From assembly GCA_030741355.1 (NCBI GenBank), contig JASLVM010000001.1:76087-140086 (forward strand): 64,000 bases of DNA, given 5' to 3'. This DNA comes from Poseidonia sp. Its GTDB lineage: Archaea > Thermoplasmatota > Poseidoniia > Poseidoniales > Poseidoniaceae. The notes under the pieces are model-generated. The model ran no database searches. It saw only the letters and a program-made list of their open reading frames with translations, and was not told where the DNA came from. Positions 46,101 through 55,660 of the stretch are shown piece by piece (within the stretch, counting starts at the first letter, position 1; each line of letters starts with the position of its first letter). A program made the translations under genes and the position numbers.

Positions 46101-47913
46101 GCCAGTCCAAGCCGGTGTGATTGCCCGCCATCGTGAGGCCGTCCAAATGCACGGCCGCACGGTGAAGTTTGACGGCAGGTTGACTCGGGCTTTCGGCTTC
46201 AACATGGAGGTTCGTGATGTGAATACGCCCACTGGCTCCTGCAGGCATGGCGTCGCCGTTGTCAATCTCCAGAGCTGGTAGATTCAGCGCATTATCTTCA
46301 AGTTGCACGTTCTCAAGCCAAAGGTCCACGGAATTGACGGCGAGAATGCCGTGCCCCGTTGAACCCGCAACGGTGCACGACCAACATCGGACATCACCGG
46401 ATGAAGACTCAACGTCGTTGGATTCTTCGTAGTACAATCCGGCTTGTTCCTCAGCGCTGGCTGTGGTGGAGGCTCCGTTGTTTTCGGCGGTCAAATTCCA
46501 GAAATCAATGCGTCGTGCATCGAGCACATGAGCGCCAGAATAGCCGTTGTCCGAAAGGTGCATGCCTTCGATGGCAACGGTGGCACGGTCGACGATGATG
46601 CCCTGTTTGGTGTTGTTGTGAAGGAACCAGTCGCTGCCTTGCATGGCACCTCCGGAGGTGGAATGAACGCCAGGGCCAACCGAACCAGAGACTTCCAAAC
46701 CCTCGAAGGTCGGGGCAAAGAACGACGAACGTATGGACACACCAGCCTCGTGTTGACCTTGCCCGGGGTCGCCGGAATCGCGAACCGTCAAATTACGGAA
46801 GGTGGTGGTGGAATCCACGAAATAAAGGCGGACACCCACGGTGGTCGAATCTTCGATGAGCGTGTCGTCAAACCACGCCCCGGTCGCATTCACCTCAAGG
46901 GCTGCATAACCGATGTTGGGTGTTTTTGAATCCGGCCCTCCTGTTCCGGAGATGGTCAAATTGGTGAAATCCGCCGTTTCGTAATTGGTGTAATTCGTGT
47001 GGTTGTTTTTGTCCACATACACCCCTCTGTACATTGAATCGCTGATGTGAGCATGCCGCACCACGGCGTGGGTGTAACCGCCATCGTCAATGTGGCGGAC
47101 CACCATCCCGGTATCGGATTTGGTGATGCTGATGTTGGTCAGCAGCGGTTGACTGTCCTCCACCCAAATACCGGCGACCATGGCCCAAGAAGAGCCGGTG
47201 CAGTTGTCGATGGTGATGCCTTGAATCAGTCCCCCTGAGCCACCCCAGATGTTCACGGCCCGCGTCAAAATATCTGAAAACACGGCCCGTTGAACGATGG
47301 GCGTCGAGCCCGCACCGATGGAGAGTCCCAAACCGTAGCGCCAGTCGCCTTGGAAGCCAAGGTCCCGACCTGCACGGTCAACGTAAAGATCGGTGATGCG
47401 CGGGGCGGCGCTGTTGAACATGTCAACGGCGACGCGGTCAGGATTGACCACGGTCAGATTTTCAATGACGGGATTGGACCCGTAAATGGTGATGCCATAG
47501 ATGGCGTCCTCGATCGTTAAGTTTTGAATCAATGAACCGCGCCCCGAAGAAGAGGTGTTGAACTGGATGCCTTCGTGGTCACCCAAACCAGCGGCTTCGA
47601 AGATGACCGGGCAAGATTGCGTACCAAGAACCGTCAAGCGGCCGTCCACGATGATACGCTCATTGGAAGGCAGTCGGACCACCGTACAGGGTTGAATGAT
47701 GACTTCATCCGCCACGCCGATGGTGTAGGTTCCCGACAGGGTCTGGGTTCCTGACCACGTGGTTTGCGCCCGACCTTCAGCCAATTGCGGGGACGTCGTT
47801 GTGTCATCGAGCGGTGCTGCGGGACCTGCAGGAGCAAGGTGCAACATCATGGGAAGAAGGAACAAAAGCACGAGGCTGAAAGCAAGACCTCTCCCCGAAG
47901 AATTGTGCTCCAT
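43114..47913 (-). CDS. Large surface protein: right-handed beta-helix, PKD/Ig-like domains, C-terminal TM
   Basis: Signal peptide; parallel beta-helix-like repeats; repeated S.D.[DE]GD and W.SSLDG PKD-like motifs; TM followed by RRRR. Confidence 0.85.
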   Translation of the reverse strand: MEHNSSGRGLAFSLVLLFLLPMMLHLAPAGPAAPLDDTTTSPQLAEGRAQTTWSGTQTLSGTYTIGVADEVIIQPCTVVRLPSNERIIVDGRLTVLGTQSCPVIFEAAGLGDHEGIQFNTSSSGRGSLIQNLTIEDAIYGITIYGSNPVIENLTVVNPDRVAVDMFNSAAPRITDLYVDRAGRDLGFQGDWRYGLGLSIGAGSTPIVQRAVFSDILTRAVNIWGGSGGLIQGITIDNCTGSSWAMVAGIWVEDSQPLLTNISITKSDTGMVVRHIDDGGYTHAVVRHAHISDSMYRGVYVDKNNHTNYTNYETADFTNLTISGTGGPDSKTPNIGYAALEVNATGAWFDDTLIEDSTTVGVRLYFVDSTTTFRNLTVRDSGDPGQGQHEAGVSIRSSFFAPTFEGLEVSGSVGPGVHSTSGGAMQGSDWFLHNNTKQGIIVDRATVAIEGMHLSDNGYSGAHVLDARRIDFWNLTAENNGASTTASAEEQAGLYYEESNDVESSSGDVRCWSCTVAGSTGHGILAVNSVDLWLENVQLEDNALNLPALEIDNGDAMPAGASGRIHITNLHVEAESPSQPAVKLHRAAVHLDGLTMAGNHTGLDWRGDNNGQFASSLNNSVFSGTDCAVFDGHASLGGHSNRISTDCTGGITFTNSQVNWSVLTDDRGASGNPTMLDLDASSTLHLHRPVDVAYASAVIASGAQIDVAWDLTVWVVNNFSNGIPAAYVNVTYDAFEPALTDPASMIGQLFLPDFIGQRWTSTGGSSYNVANIDCGYFGVSNSTSTTLDQDRVVYCHLPLANQAPFIFWSTPEDGAVFPSGAEVFFNASDTWDLDNDSMDFKWRSSLDDDIVANCAGVFHGNDHPSNGAPFLANGEPFTQVPPYCQLSDGIHEITLQVCDFGHCVAETRTIELVNFAPVLAVDFEPSLNPWSELIMPQTGTLTINTTGTYDPEGDDFACVIDFNGEGAGWDNQWVCPNELTYTFDYTTEEPPTSATLTVLAFDAVGNNASYTVPVMLYNEIPDPIFTVDRSDDSSAAMVTLDGSTTVDPEGDALSVMFTSSLDGVLSTDGLVWEGYLSRGVHTITMEVTDDRAEHANQSKSTSLLLTVDNAEPVAIIASPLAQTFDSSELISFSANGSGDYDASCSTFPTDGTWICAPFEPATGSEFLVVTWTSNLDGRLTPEGEDWLLFEERLTAGNHLITLSVDDGIHDPVEVSMTVTVTESAPVLGLVSPQAGTVHPSSTTFMFDASESVDYDGDNFTITLRSSEESEPLLVDVDPEGQHAFSLGAGEHIMTATLTDTTGATRDETFSLTVVESGPVLVMISPENRQSIEPGGAVLLEEASYDADNDLTVREWRRWSDELSEPEVLSTRSMEELTGLLPGEYHLSLYVEDARGNSVEQHVNITIQSSLPSLDRNSLVLSSETFTQDEVNRLTVRVGLSDPDGTTDDVRVKITFGLQEWEANLSDDDGDGVWEGLIEWRPETTGRPLLKITAKDGVGESANIDFMSRNLIVEAPESDARGLLLATSALGFVSLAGFVAYLVSRRRRANEELELLTSWDAFRAPSAASENGPKDVPSVEGNAMDGTQEVQEELELDLDLD

Positions 47914-48011
47914 AGCCTCAAGGGATACGCTGTCCCTCTTCAAAGGTCGCCTGTTCTGTGAATTCTCTGACGGGAGGAATCCCTAAGTCCCGATTTCCAA
48001 TCCAAGAAACC

Positions 48012-48245
48012 ATGCCCGAAGCGTTTGTGCTGTTCAAAACCGAACCAACCCACGAGCGCGAAGTCTACCTCTCGTTGACAGAACACGAGGACGTCGCTGA
48101 AGTACACGCCCTCTACGGTGAATTTGATTTGCTGGTTCGAATCAGTTCGCCAACCTCAAAGGAACTCTCCAAACTGCTGATGCAATCGTTCAGGAAGATC
48201 GAAGGCGTCAAAGAAACACAGACCTTGATTGCGGTGGAGGCCTGA
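48012..48245 (+). CDS. Stand-alone Lrp/AsnC ligand-binding (RAM) domain protein
   Basis: AFVL...EVHALYGEFDLLVRI...I.GVKETQTLI; no HTH. Confidence 0.88.
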   Translation: MPEAFVLFKTEPTHEREVYLSLTEHEDVAEVHALYGEFDLLVRISSPTSKELSKLLMQSFRKIEGVKETQTLIAVEA

Positions 48246-48247
48246 AC

Positions 48248-48481
48248 ATGGCGATTGGCTTTGTATTGATGACGACCTTACCGGGAGAAGAAGACAGCGT
48301 CCGTCAAGCCCTCAGCAAGGTGGATTTGGTCACCGACCACTGGATGTTATTCGGCGAATACGACCTGATTGCTCGCGTGCAAGCGGACGAAGAATACGCC
48401 CTGACCCGTTGCATCGTTGAGGAAATTCGTCAACTTCCGGGTATCAAAGATACGAAGACACTCATCGGCGCAGAATTGTGA
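48248..48481 (+). CDS. Stand-alone Lrp/AsnC ligand-binding (RAM) domain protein
   Basis: GFVL....PG.E...LFGEYDLIARV...IRQLPGIKDTKTLI; no HTH. Confidence 0.9.
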   Translation: MAIGFVLMTTLPGEEDSVRQALSKVDLVTDHWMLFGEYDLIARVQADEEYALTRCIVEEIRQLPGIKDTKTLIGAEL

Positions 48482-48483
48482 TT

Positions 48484-50709
48484 TCACAAGACACGGTGCA
48501 GGCGCTCGGTCACGGCCCGAGCGGCGTTGGTGCAACCCGCCTGCCTGAAACATCGAGCAGCTTCTCGAAGCGCTGCGGCGGAGGCTGAGGGGTCCAGGTG
48601 GCCTTTGAGGTACCACCATCTGGCGGCGTAACGGTGACCGGGTGAACCCGCTTCAGCCCAAACGCTCGGGTTCGGCAAAGAAGCGTGAACGGAACGGGCG
48701 GATTCATGGCCTTGCCCCACCAAATGCTCGGCAAACGTGAGACCGACAACGGCGGCATGAAACGGGGTTGTTTGAGCACCAGCGGCCCGTTCATAGGCTT
48801 CGTGGTGAGCGTCATGCGTCTCTTTTCCAAAGGCAAGACTCGCCTTGAATTTGGCATGGAGGACAATGGGGTCGTGCATGTGACTCAGGGCTTCAAGACC
48901 TTCGACCAGGGCCAGAACTCGGGCTTCATCTCCCTGTAACAAGGCGACTGTAAGTTGAATGAGGGTGATGCTGACGGTGATGCTTCCCCTGGTGTTGAGG
49001 TCGTCGGGCAGTCGCACTTGGTTGAGCAGGGATTGCACCTTATGTTCATCCACGGCAGAGGTTTGGTCAAACACACGGTCTTCAATCCGTTGCACGGCTG
49101 CACGCAAAAGCCAGCGCACACCTTCAAGGTCGGAAACAGCGCTGAGTTGGGCTTGCAACAAACGCTCTGCTTCCTCTTCATCGCCTTCAATACGGGCCAA
49201 TTCGTAGGCCAGTTCGGCCCGTAGGGAATCCGACTGGACCCCTGCCAAATGGTGGCGAGCACGTTCCGCCTCCTGACGATGAACGGCGATCCTTCCGGCC
49301 CAATAATGCAGGTTCTCTTGGTCGGGCCGTTGAACCGTCGCTCGGTCAAAAATCACGGCCATTGCACCGCTCTGCTCCAGCATCAACGCATCAAAGCGCT
49401 CGACCATCTCCTCCACGAATCGGTCATCGTCCAGAGCCATGGTGTGGTAGAGGTGGAGCACCGCGTACGCCGGTTCGTCGAGATGATTGGCCCAGTGGTC
49501 GGCGGCCGCCTGGTGCAACTTCGTCAATCGGTTTTCATCGAGCATGGTGCGTCGAACGTTCCGAATGAGATGCTGGATTTCCAGTGAAACATCCTCTTCA
49601 GTCCACCTCAACAAGGCTCGCTCGTCAAGTTCATCGATGGAGGAAGCACCTGGCACCATCGCTGCGGGAAGCGGACGTGGAAACAACACCATGCCGTCCA
49701 AGGCTTCGAGCGCACCCTCATCCAACCCGTCAAGCATGGTCTGCTCAACGAAGGCTTGGATGTCCTCTCCAGCCTCTGGCAACCGGTCACCTTCTCGGTA
49801 GAGATTCAGGGCCATGGGGTGGCCATCCAGTGCTTTGGCCACTTCCAAGCGAAGGGCTTCATCCAAGTGGTCACCCAAAACCTCCTTTGCATCGTGAGGA
49901 GAAAGTGTGCCGAGTTTGAGCAACGGCCAATCAAACCCTTCGGGAAGCGGCAGGCGACCGGCAAGCACAACGGTATGCTCCTTGGCATGAAGGCCATGAA
50001 GCAGATGTTGAACGGCCTTGAGGTGTCGTGGTTCCACCAAGTGGAGGTCGTCAACAACGAGGACTTGTTTTCCACTTTGGCCGATGTGTTCGATCATGGC
50101 CTCGGGGTCAACGGGGAGCGGCGTGGTCTCGGGGAACCAAGCTTGCATCAAAGCATAGGCATCGCTCAACGGGTCCATGGTGGCCCATCGAACAAGATGC
50201 TGGGTGGACTGCGCAGCCCAGGCCTTCAACAGCGTGGTTTTTCCGACGCCGGAAAGGCCACCGACCACCGCACGACGTTCTTCAAGCAACAACTGAATCA
50301 AGGTCTCCAGTTCTCGCTCACGGCCAATGATGCTGAACTTCGATGCGTCGTTGCTGGTCAACTCCGAAGTTGAAAGGGTGTCTTCCGAAGGGTGTTCAGC
50401 CAACCAACCACGCCCTTTTTCGGTGATGTGATAGACTTGCCGTCGCCGAGAGCCACCTCCCAAAACATGGGCAACCCGTACCACGATGAAGCCCTCATCG
50501 AGCAGCACGTTGAGCGGTTGATTGAGACCCGAACGCACCACGCCCATGGCCTCCGAAAGACCGGGCAAGGAAACCGACCGAGGCACGTCCCAAGCGTTGG
50601 AAAGCGCATCGGGAAAGGTCCCGAGATAGCGCAGCAACTTCTCTTGAGAACGGCTCAACATGGGAACGACAAAACAGGCTCGTGCGTCTCCTTCATCAAA
50701 CATCCCCAC
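48484..50709 (-). CDS. wHTH-STAND-class ATPase with helical/TPR-like C-terminus (putative regulator)
   Basis: N-terminal wHTH (GLSEAMGV.RS...VYHITEKG); Walker A GLSGVGKTT; Walker B VLVVDDLH; GHPMAL GxP motif. Start uncertain. Confidence 0.8.
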   Translation of the reverse strand: MGMFDEGDARACFVVPMLSRSQEKLLRYLGTFPDALSNAWDVPRSVSLPGLSEAMGVVRSGLNQPLNVLLDEGFIVVRVAHVLGGGSRRRQVYHITEKGRGWLAEHPSEDTLSTSELTSNDASKFSIIGRERELETLIQLLLEERRAVVGGLSGVGKTTLLKAWAAQSTQHLVRWATMDPLSDAYALMQAWFPETTPLPVDPEAMIEHIGQSGKQVLVVDDLHLVEPRHLKAVQHLLHGLHAKEHTVVLAGRLPLPEGFDWPLLKLGTLSPHDAKEVLGDHLDEALRLEVAKALDGHPMALNLYREGDRLPEAGEDIQAFVEQTMLDGLDEGALEALDGMVLFPRPLPAAMVPGASSIDELDERALLRWTEEDVSLEIQHLIRNVRRTMLDENRLTKLHQAAADHWANHLDEPAYAVLHLYHTMALDDDRFVEEMVERFDALMLEQSGAMAVIFDRATVQRPDQENLHYWAGRIAVHRQEAERARHHLAGVQSDSLRAELAYELARIEGDEEEAERLLQAQLSAVSDLEGVRWLLRAAVQRIEDRVFDQTSAVDEHKVQSLLNQVRLPDDLNTRGSITVSITLIQLTVALLQGDEARVLALVEGLEALSHMHDPIVLHAKFKASLAFGKETHDAHHEAYERAAGAQTTPFHAAVVGLTFAEHLVGQGHESARSVHASLPNPSVWAEAGSPGHRYAARWWYLKGHLDPSASAAALREAARCFRQAGCTNAARAVTERLHRVL

Positions 50710-50767
50710 CCTTGTTTAGGCTGCATGCAGGGTTGCCCTTTTGAGTTAGGGCAGGTGTGGGAGGACC

Positions 50768-52492
50768 ATGCCCGTGGACTTGGCTTCGGCTGACCTTCCA
50801 CATGAGCCGGGCGTCTATTTGTTCAAAACGAAACAGGGCAGGGTGCTCTATGTTGGCAAAGCGACGCGCCTGAACGAGCGCATACGGTCATACTTTGCAT
50901 CCAATCCTGACCGCCATATGATTCCTGAACTCGTCGCTCGGGCAGACGATATCGAATGCATCGTGACCCAAACGCCGCAAGCCGCTTTGGTCCTTGAGCG
51001 CCAGTTGATTCGGGAACACATGCCGAGGTTCAATTCGATGTTGAAGGACGACAAGTCCTTCCCGTACCTCGCCATGACCAACGATGAATTTCCACGAATC
51101 ATGTACACGAGGCGCCCACCAAAAACCGCCCAGCAATGGGGGCCGTTTCCCAACGCTGGTGCAGCAAAACAGGTGATGCAATTGCTTCGACGCCAGTTCG
51201 GCATACGAGACTGCAAGGAATTGCTTCCTCAGGGTTGTCTCTCAATGCACATCGGTCTTTGCGCCGGACCGTGCATTGACGGTACCGGCTACGACGACCG
51301 TGTGAAAGCCGTGCGGCGCATCTTGAACGGTGACGCTGCACCGTTGCTCGAAGAACTCGTGACCCAAATGGATGCGGCCTCGCAGGCTCAAGCCTTCGAA
51401 GAAGCGGCTCAGCACCGCGACATGATTCGTGCGGTGCGAGCGACTACGGGTCAACACATCGTCTCAAGTAAGGTCTATCGCGACTGCGATGCCATCGGCA
51501 TCACGTCCGAAGGCGACCTCGCCGCTATCGTGGTCTTGCACGCTGACGAAGGCATCGTCCAGGGCCAAGAAGCGTGGCCTGCCGTGCACCGGGGCGACAT
51601 CGGCGAAACCGTGTCGATGTTCATCTCCGAGCACTATGCTCATCGGACACCACCTCGCTTGCTTCTCTCTCCCGTTCCCATCTTTGACGGTCTCCAGTCC
51701 TGGCTGAATGAGCGGCGGGGCTCCTTGGTAGAAGTTCGCATACCGCAACGCGGTGATTTGGAAAACCTCGCCACCCTGGCTCGGCAAAACGCTGAGATTC
51801 AACTTCAACGAATGGCAGCAAAATCCAGCGGCTCTCTCGAACAACGGGCGGCCGATGAAGGTGCGAAAACCCTCGGTATGCAACAGCTTGACCACATCGT
51901 CTGTTTTGACATGGCGCAGTTGCAAGGGGACGAACGCGTCGGAGCCAGCGTCGTCATGCGCAAAGGGCGCCCGGCCAAAAAAGAGTACAGAAAATACATC
52001 GTCAAGGGTGAGGCGCTCGATGATCTTCGAATGATGAAGGAAGTGGTGGTCCGTTGGGCGAAACGCCAGGAAGAATGGCCGGACCTGTTGCTCATCGACG
52101 GTGGTGAGACGCACCTCAGCACGATTCACCAAGCCCTCGAAGAACACGGTTGGGCCGACCGCTTTCCCCTCGCTGCGCTCGCCAAGCGAGAAGAAACCAT
52201 CTTCCGAAACGGAATGGAGCCCCTGGTGCTCGACCGCTCAGGACGGGTGCTGGTTCACGCTCGAGACGAGGCGCATCGTTTCGTCAACACCTTCCATCGC
52301 AAACGACGAAGTCGAAGTCGGCTCGCCGATCCGCTTGAGGGCGTTGAGGGCTTAGGCGCAAAAAAACTCCAAACGCTGTTGCGCCATTTCGGTGGACGAA
52401 AAGGCATCGAGCACGCAACGGCTTCCGAACTTGAGACCGTCCCTGGCATCGGACCTGCGCTGGCCGAGCGAATTTACGAAGCCCTGCGCTAA
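50768..52492 (+). CDS. uvrC: Excinuclease ABC subunit C
   Basis: LP.EPGVY, YVGKA..L..R..SYF, PRFN..LKDDK.FPY, FEEAA..RD, PDLLLIDGG, RDEAHRF, HhH. Confidence 0.96.
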   Translation: MPVDLASADLPHEPGVYLFKTKQGRVLYVGKATRLNERIRSYFASNPDRHMIPELVARADDIECIVTQTPQAALVLERQLIREHMPRFNSMLKDDKSFPYLAMTNDEFPRIMYTRRPPKTAQQWGPFPNAGAAKQVMQLLRRQFGIRDCKELLPQGCLSMHIGLCAGPCIDGTGYDDRVKAVRRILNGDAAPLLEELVTQMDAASQAQAFEEAAQHRDMIRAVRATTGQHIVSSKVYRDCDAIGITSEGDLAAIVVLHADEGIVQGQEAWPAVHRGDIGETVSMFISEHYAHRTPPRLLLSPVPIFDGLQSWLNERRGSLVEVRIPQRGDLENLATLARQNAEIQLQRMAAKSSGSLEQRAADEGAKTLGMQQLDHIVCFDMAQLQGDERVGASVVMRKGRPAKKEYRKYIVKGEALDDLRMMKEVVVRWAKRQEEWPDLLLIDGGETHLSTIHQALEEHGWADRFPLAALAKREETIFRNGMEPLVLDRSGRVLVHARDEAHRFVNTFHRKRRSRSRLADPLEGVEGLGAKKLQTLLRHFGGRKGIEHATASELETVPGIGPALAERIYEALR

Positions 52493-55400
52493 CGGGACAA
52501 CTCGTCGATGTTGGCCATGTCCTCGATGCTCTCGCCGTGCCGGAGGGCCGGACTCGAGAAGCCGGCCAAGTCGGCGAATTCATGATCGCCAAGTTGAGCT
52601 TTGTTCACCGCCGCTTGCCGGTTGGCCAAGGCGTTCTTTTTCCGCTTCTTCTTCGCTCGTCGTCGCCGAATGTACATCACCAGCAACACCAGGACAATGG
52701 TGGGATAGACCCAGAATTGAATCAGGAAGTAAACCCAACCAATTTGAATCCGGAACGTCAAGTCGTCTGAAAATTCTCCCGGAGGGACGATGTAAGTGAT
52801 GGTTTGGCGACCACCGTCCTCGGTGATGATGACGTTGCCAGCCGAAGAGGAAACGTCCACAACATGAATGCCTCGAGGCAGGGTGAAGGTGATCGGCCCG
52901 GAGTAAGCAGCCCCGTCAATGGGTGATTCCCAAACGCCACCGCCGACTTCACTCGTATCGAATTCGGTGGGAAGTTCGGTGTTGATGAGGCCGGTGGAGA
53001 TGGTGACCGTTTCTTCATTCGTGGGCGGGTAGGTGACGCCATCTGAACCGAAAACAGAGCCTCTCAAGCCTTGTGTGAACACATCCGCAACCATTTGCAT
53101 CGGGCGGTGGAAGACGGATTGGATGCCGCTGGTGACAATACTCACTTTGAGATCTTCAGGGGCCGTTTCGCTCAATTCACCCCAACCGGTCCCCGAACCG
53201 ATGGTAAACTCAACTTCAGGGATGGAAATTGAAAGGGTGATCGGTTCGTCATCACTCACAACTTCATCCGGAGCCTCGATGCCCGAGATTGAGGTGCGGA
53301 TTTCAAAGGCTGAAAGGTCGACTTCTCCAAAGGGGTTGCTTTCGTTTTCTGCGAGGAGAGCCCCGCCACCGTGAATGGCGTCGGTGATGACCTCACCCAA
53401 GCGTTTTGCGAGGTCTTTCATGCCCTGCCGAGTGGCTTCCAATTCAAGGTCGTCGTCGCAGTCATTGAAGTAATCTGAAGCATCTGCAGGTTCGCACCAA
53501 GGGAGTCCCACGCTTGTTCCGAGGGGGTTCTCCATTCGGCTTGAGAGGTCGATGATGAGACGGAGTAAATCCGAGGGCAGAGCCTCCATCTGGCCGCAGG
53601 CCTCAATGTCATCGCCCTCGACGCAACGCTGACCTTCAACGAAGCCAATGCGGTAGATGCTCAAATCCGCTTCGAGCGCCATGGACACGCTGAAAGAAGC
53701 GCTCCATTCGTTGAAATTCACCTTGGAAAGGTCAAACTTAACATCCGACTCGACACAGGTGCTTTGATTGGCAAAACAGAGGACGCGCCCGTCTTCATTG
53801 GTGATTTCATGCTCCCAATCGTAGGGGTCAATACCCGTCAATGAGAGGTTCAGCGAGCCCGACTCATCGACCGTTTTGGTCAAAGTGATGCTGGAGGTCC
53901 CGTCCACGGTGGTCACCCAATTGGGCAAGATGATCTCCACGGTCAAATCAGCAGGCGGCAAGCCACTCAAATCAATGGCGTTGAGGAAGGATTCCCCAAT
54001 GAGCGCTTCTATAGAAAAACCAGCGTTCATGAGGCGCTCGAGGTCGCTGCTTTGGACGTTCTCGAGGAAGTCAATTCCCTCTGAATGGTTCTTTTCGTCC
54101 ATTTGAGCGATGATGATGTCGATGAATCGCATAGAAAACGGCTGACTGGTCGTTTGGAGGTAGATGGGGTAGGTCTCGTCCATCGCGTTTGGCCCTTGCA
54201 AACAATAGTGGAGCACCTGACCGGCAGCGACGGGTTCACTGCATCCCGCAGTATGGCTGTAGTTCAACCCGCCTACGCTATCGTAAATTCCCGTTCCATC
54301 GGCAACGGAAACCCATTGCAAGTCACTCATGGTGATGTCGCCAACGCCCGCAATGGTGTTGCCAAGCCCCTCAACGATTTCACCAACAGGAAACTGATTG
54401 GTGAACTGGGTCAAATCCACGATATCGTTGTGGTACGCCAGTCGAATACCGTCGGAGGTGATGACCGGAATGGAGGCGGAAGAAGAGACATCGAACATGT
54501 TGATGCCCCAATTGTTGAGGGTCTCGGTGTCGAGGTAGGACAGCCCCGCTGCGAAATCAATGGTTGCCGCGTACTCATCTGACAAGTCAAGAACGAGGTT
54601 GAGGTCCACGGCCTTGGTTCCCGGTTCAATGTACACGGTGGGCGTTTCCGAGGAATTCCGATGCGCGAGCTCCAGGTCAACCTTCTGAACCAAATCCGAA
54701 TCGCCCTCCACTGCGTTGAGATGGTCTAACGTCCATTTTGCCGCGTTGTAGTTGGGCGTGCCTGCCCGAAACACCAGGCTGCCGTTTGCGTCGACGTCTT
54801 TCACGGTGGAGTAGGCCGAGGGATTGATGACGAAATCGGCCTTGTGGCCTGGCTTGGTCGTCAAATCAAAACTGGTGTTGATTTCAGCCCCCATCGTGAG
54901 CAGGCCACGGTAGGTCCGCTCCAAATCGAGATTCTCCGAACCCACCAGGTTGAAGTTGCTGGCCAAGAGGTCAACCGAGGCGGTGGCTTGGAAACAGAGG
55001 GGCGGCTCAAACACGTTGTTCTCAGTTGCACCCTCGGCTTGTGAATCCCCGGCAGGGTCAGAGGAACAGGTGGTGGTTAGGCCGCTGCTGGTAAAGGAAT
55101 TCACGTAAGCAGTCGAGAGGCTCGTCACCGTACCAAAACCAGATTCAAGAGCATCCTCGATGGCCTGATGGACTTCGGTTTGCAATTTTTGCCCGACCGT
55201 GGTCGCCCCGTCTGAGGTGTCAAAATAATGGCGAATGAGGTCTGCGGGTGCACCGTCGTTGGCGTCCAGATCATCTCCGTTCGGGTCTTCCAGCGTATCC
55301 CCGACGACCGTCCCTGAACCAAACCCAAGCGAGTCACGCTCAAACTCACGCACAGCCCAATTCAATTCCAACTCAATGGAGGAGGTCGAAATGAGGTTGA

Positions 55401-55608
55401 ATTCGTACGTACCCTCCACCCAATCCTGTTGTTGAGGGGTCATGTCGTCGGCGTGGTCGTAGGTGTCACAGCCGGTCCCGTCGCCCAAGCAGGCATCCAT
55501 CCCGCTTGCGCTGACGATCGGCGCAAGAAGTTGAAGCGTGAACAAGGACACCAACAGCAACGACAGTCCATGGCGAGATGCCTGCTTCCTTGGATGTTGG
55601 GAGGTCAT
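52489..55608 (-). CDS. Large acidic cell-surface protein with a C-terminal TM (unknown function)
   Basis: Signal peptide; 1039 aa with an acidic ectodomain; TM FWVYPTIVLVLLVMYI followed by RRRRAKKKRKK. Confidence 0.8.
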   Translation of the reverse strand: MTSQHPRKQASRHGLSLLLVSLFTLQLLAPIVSASGMDACLGDGTGCDTYDHADDMTPQQQDWVEGTYEFNLISTSSIELELNWAVREFERDSLGFGSGTVVGDTLEDPNGDDLDANDGAPADLIRHYFDTSDGATTVGQKLQTEVHQAIEDALESGFGTVTSLSTAYVNSFTSSGLTTTCSSDPAGDSQAEGATENNVFEPPLCFQATASVDLLASNFNLVGSENLDLERTYRGLLTMGAEINTSFDLTTKPGHKADFVINPSAYSTVKDVDANGSLVFRAGTPNYNAAKWTLDHLNAVEGDSDLVQKVDLELAHRNSSETPTVYIEPGTKAVDLNLVLDLSDEYAATIDFAAGLSYLDTETLNNWGINMFDVSSSASIPVITSDGIRLAYHNDIVDLTQFTNQFPVGEIVEGLGNTIAGVGDITMSDLQWVSVADGTGIYDSVGGLNYSHTAGCSEPVAAGQVLHYCLQGPNAMDETYPIYLQTTSQPFSMRFIDIIIAQMDEKNHSEGIDFLENVQSSDLERLMNAGFSIEALIGESFLNAIDLSGLPPADLTVEIILPNWVTTVDGTSSITLTKTVDESGSLNLSLTGIDPYDWEHEITNEDGRVLCFANQSTCVESDVKFDLSKVNFNEWSASFSVSMALEADLSIYRIGFVEGQRCVEGDDIEACGQMEALPSDLLRLIIDLSSRMENPLGTSVGLPWCEPADASDYFNDCDDDLELEATRQGMKDLAKRLGEVITDAIHGGGALLAENESNPFGEVDLSAFEIRTSISGIEAPDEVVSDDEPITLSISIPEVEFTIGSGTGWGELSETAPEDLKVSIVTSGIQSVFHRPMQMVADVFTQGLRGSVFGSDGVTYPPTNEETVTISTGLINTELPTEFDTSEVGGGVWESPIDGAAYSGPITFTLPRGIHVVDVSSSAGNVIITEDGGRQTITYIVPPGEFSDDLTFRIQIGWVYFLIQFWVYPTIVLVLLVMYIRRRRAKKKRKKNALANRQAAVNKAQLGDHEFADLAGFSSPALRHGESIEDMANIDELSR

Positions 55609-55660
55609 GGTTCAGGGCTAAGGTCGGGAACTTGAAAGCAGTTACCCTCCTGCCCTCGCC

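Noticed and set aside
48484-50709. STAND ATPase as an Avs anti-phage system
   Set aside because: The N-terminus is a wHTH rather than a nuclease, protease, SIR2 or TIR effector, and there is no defence-island context.
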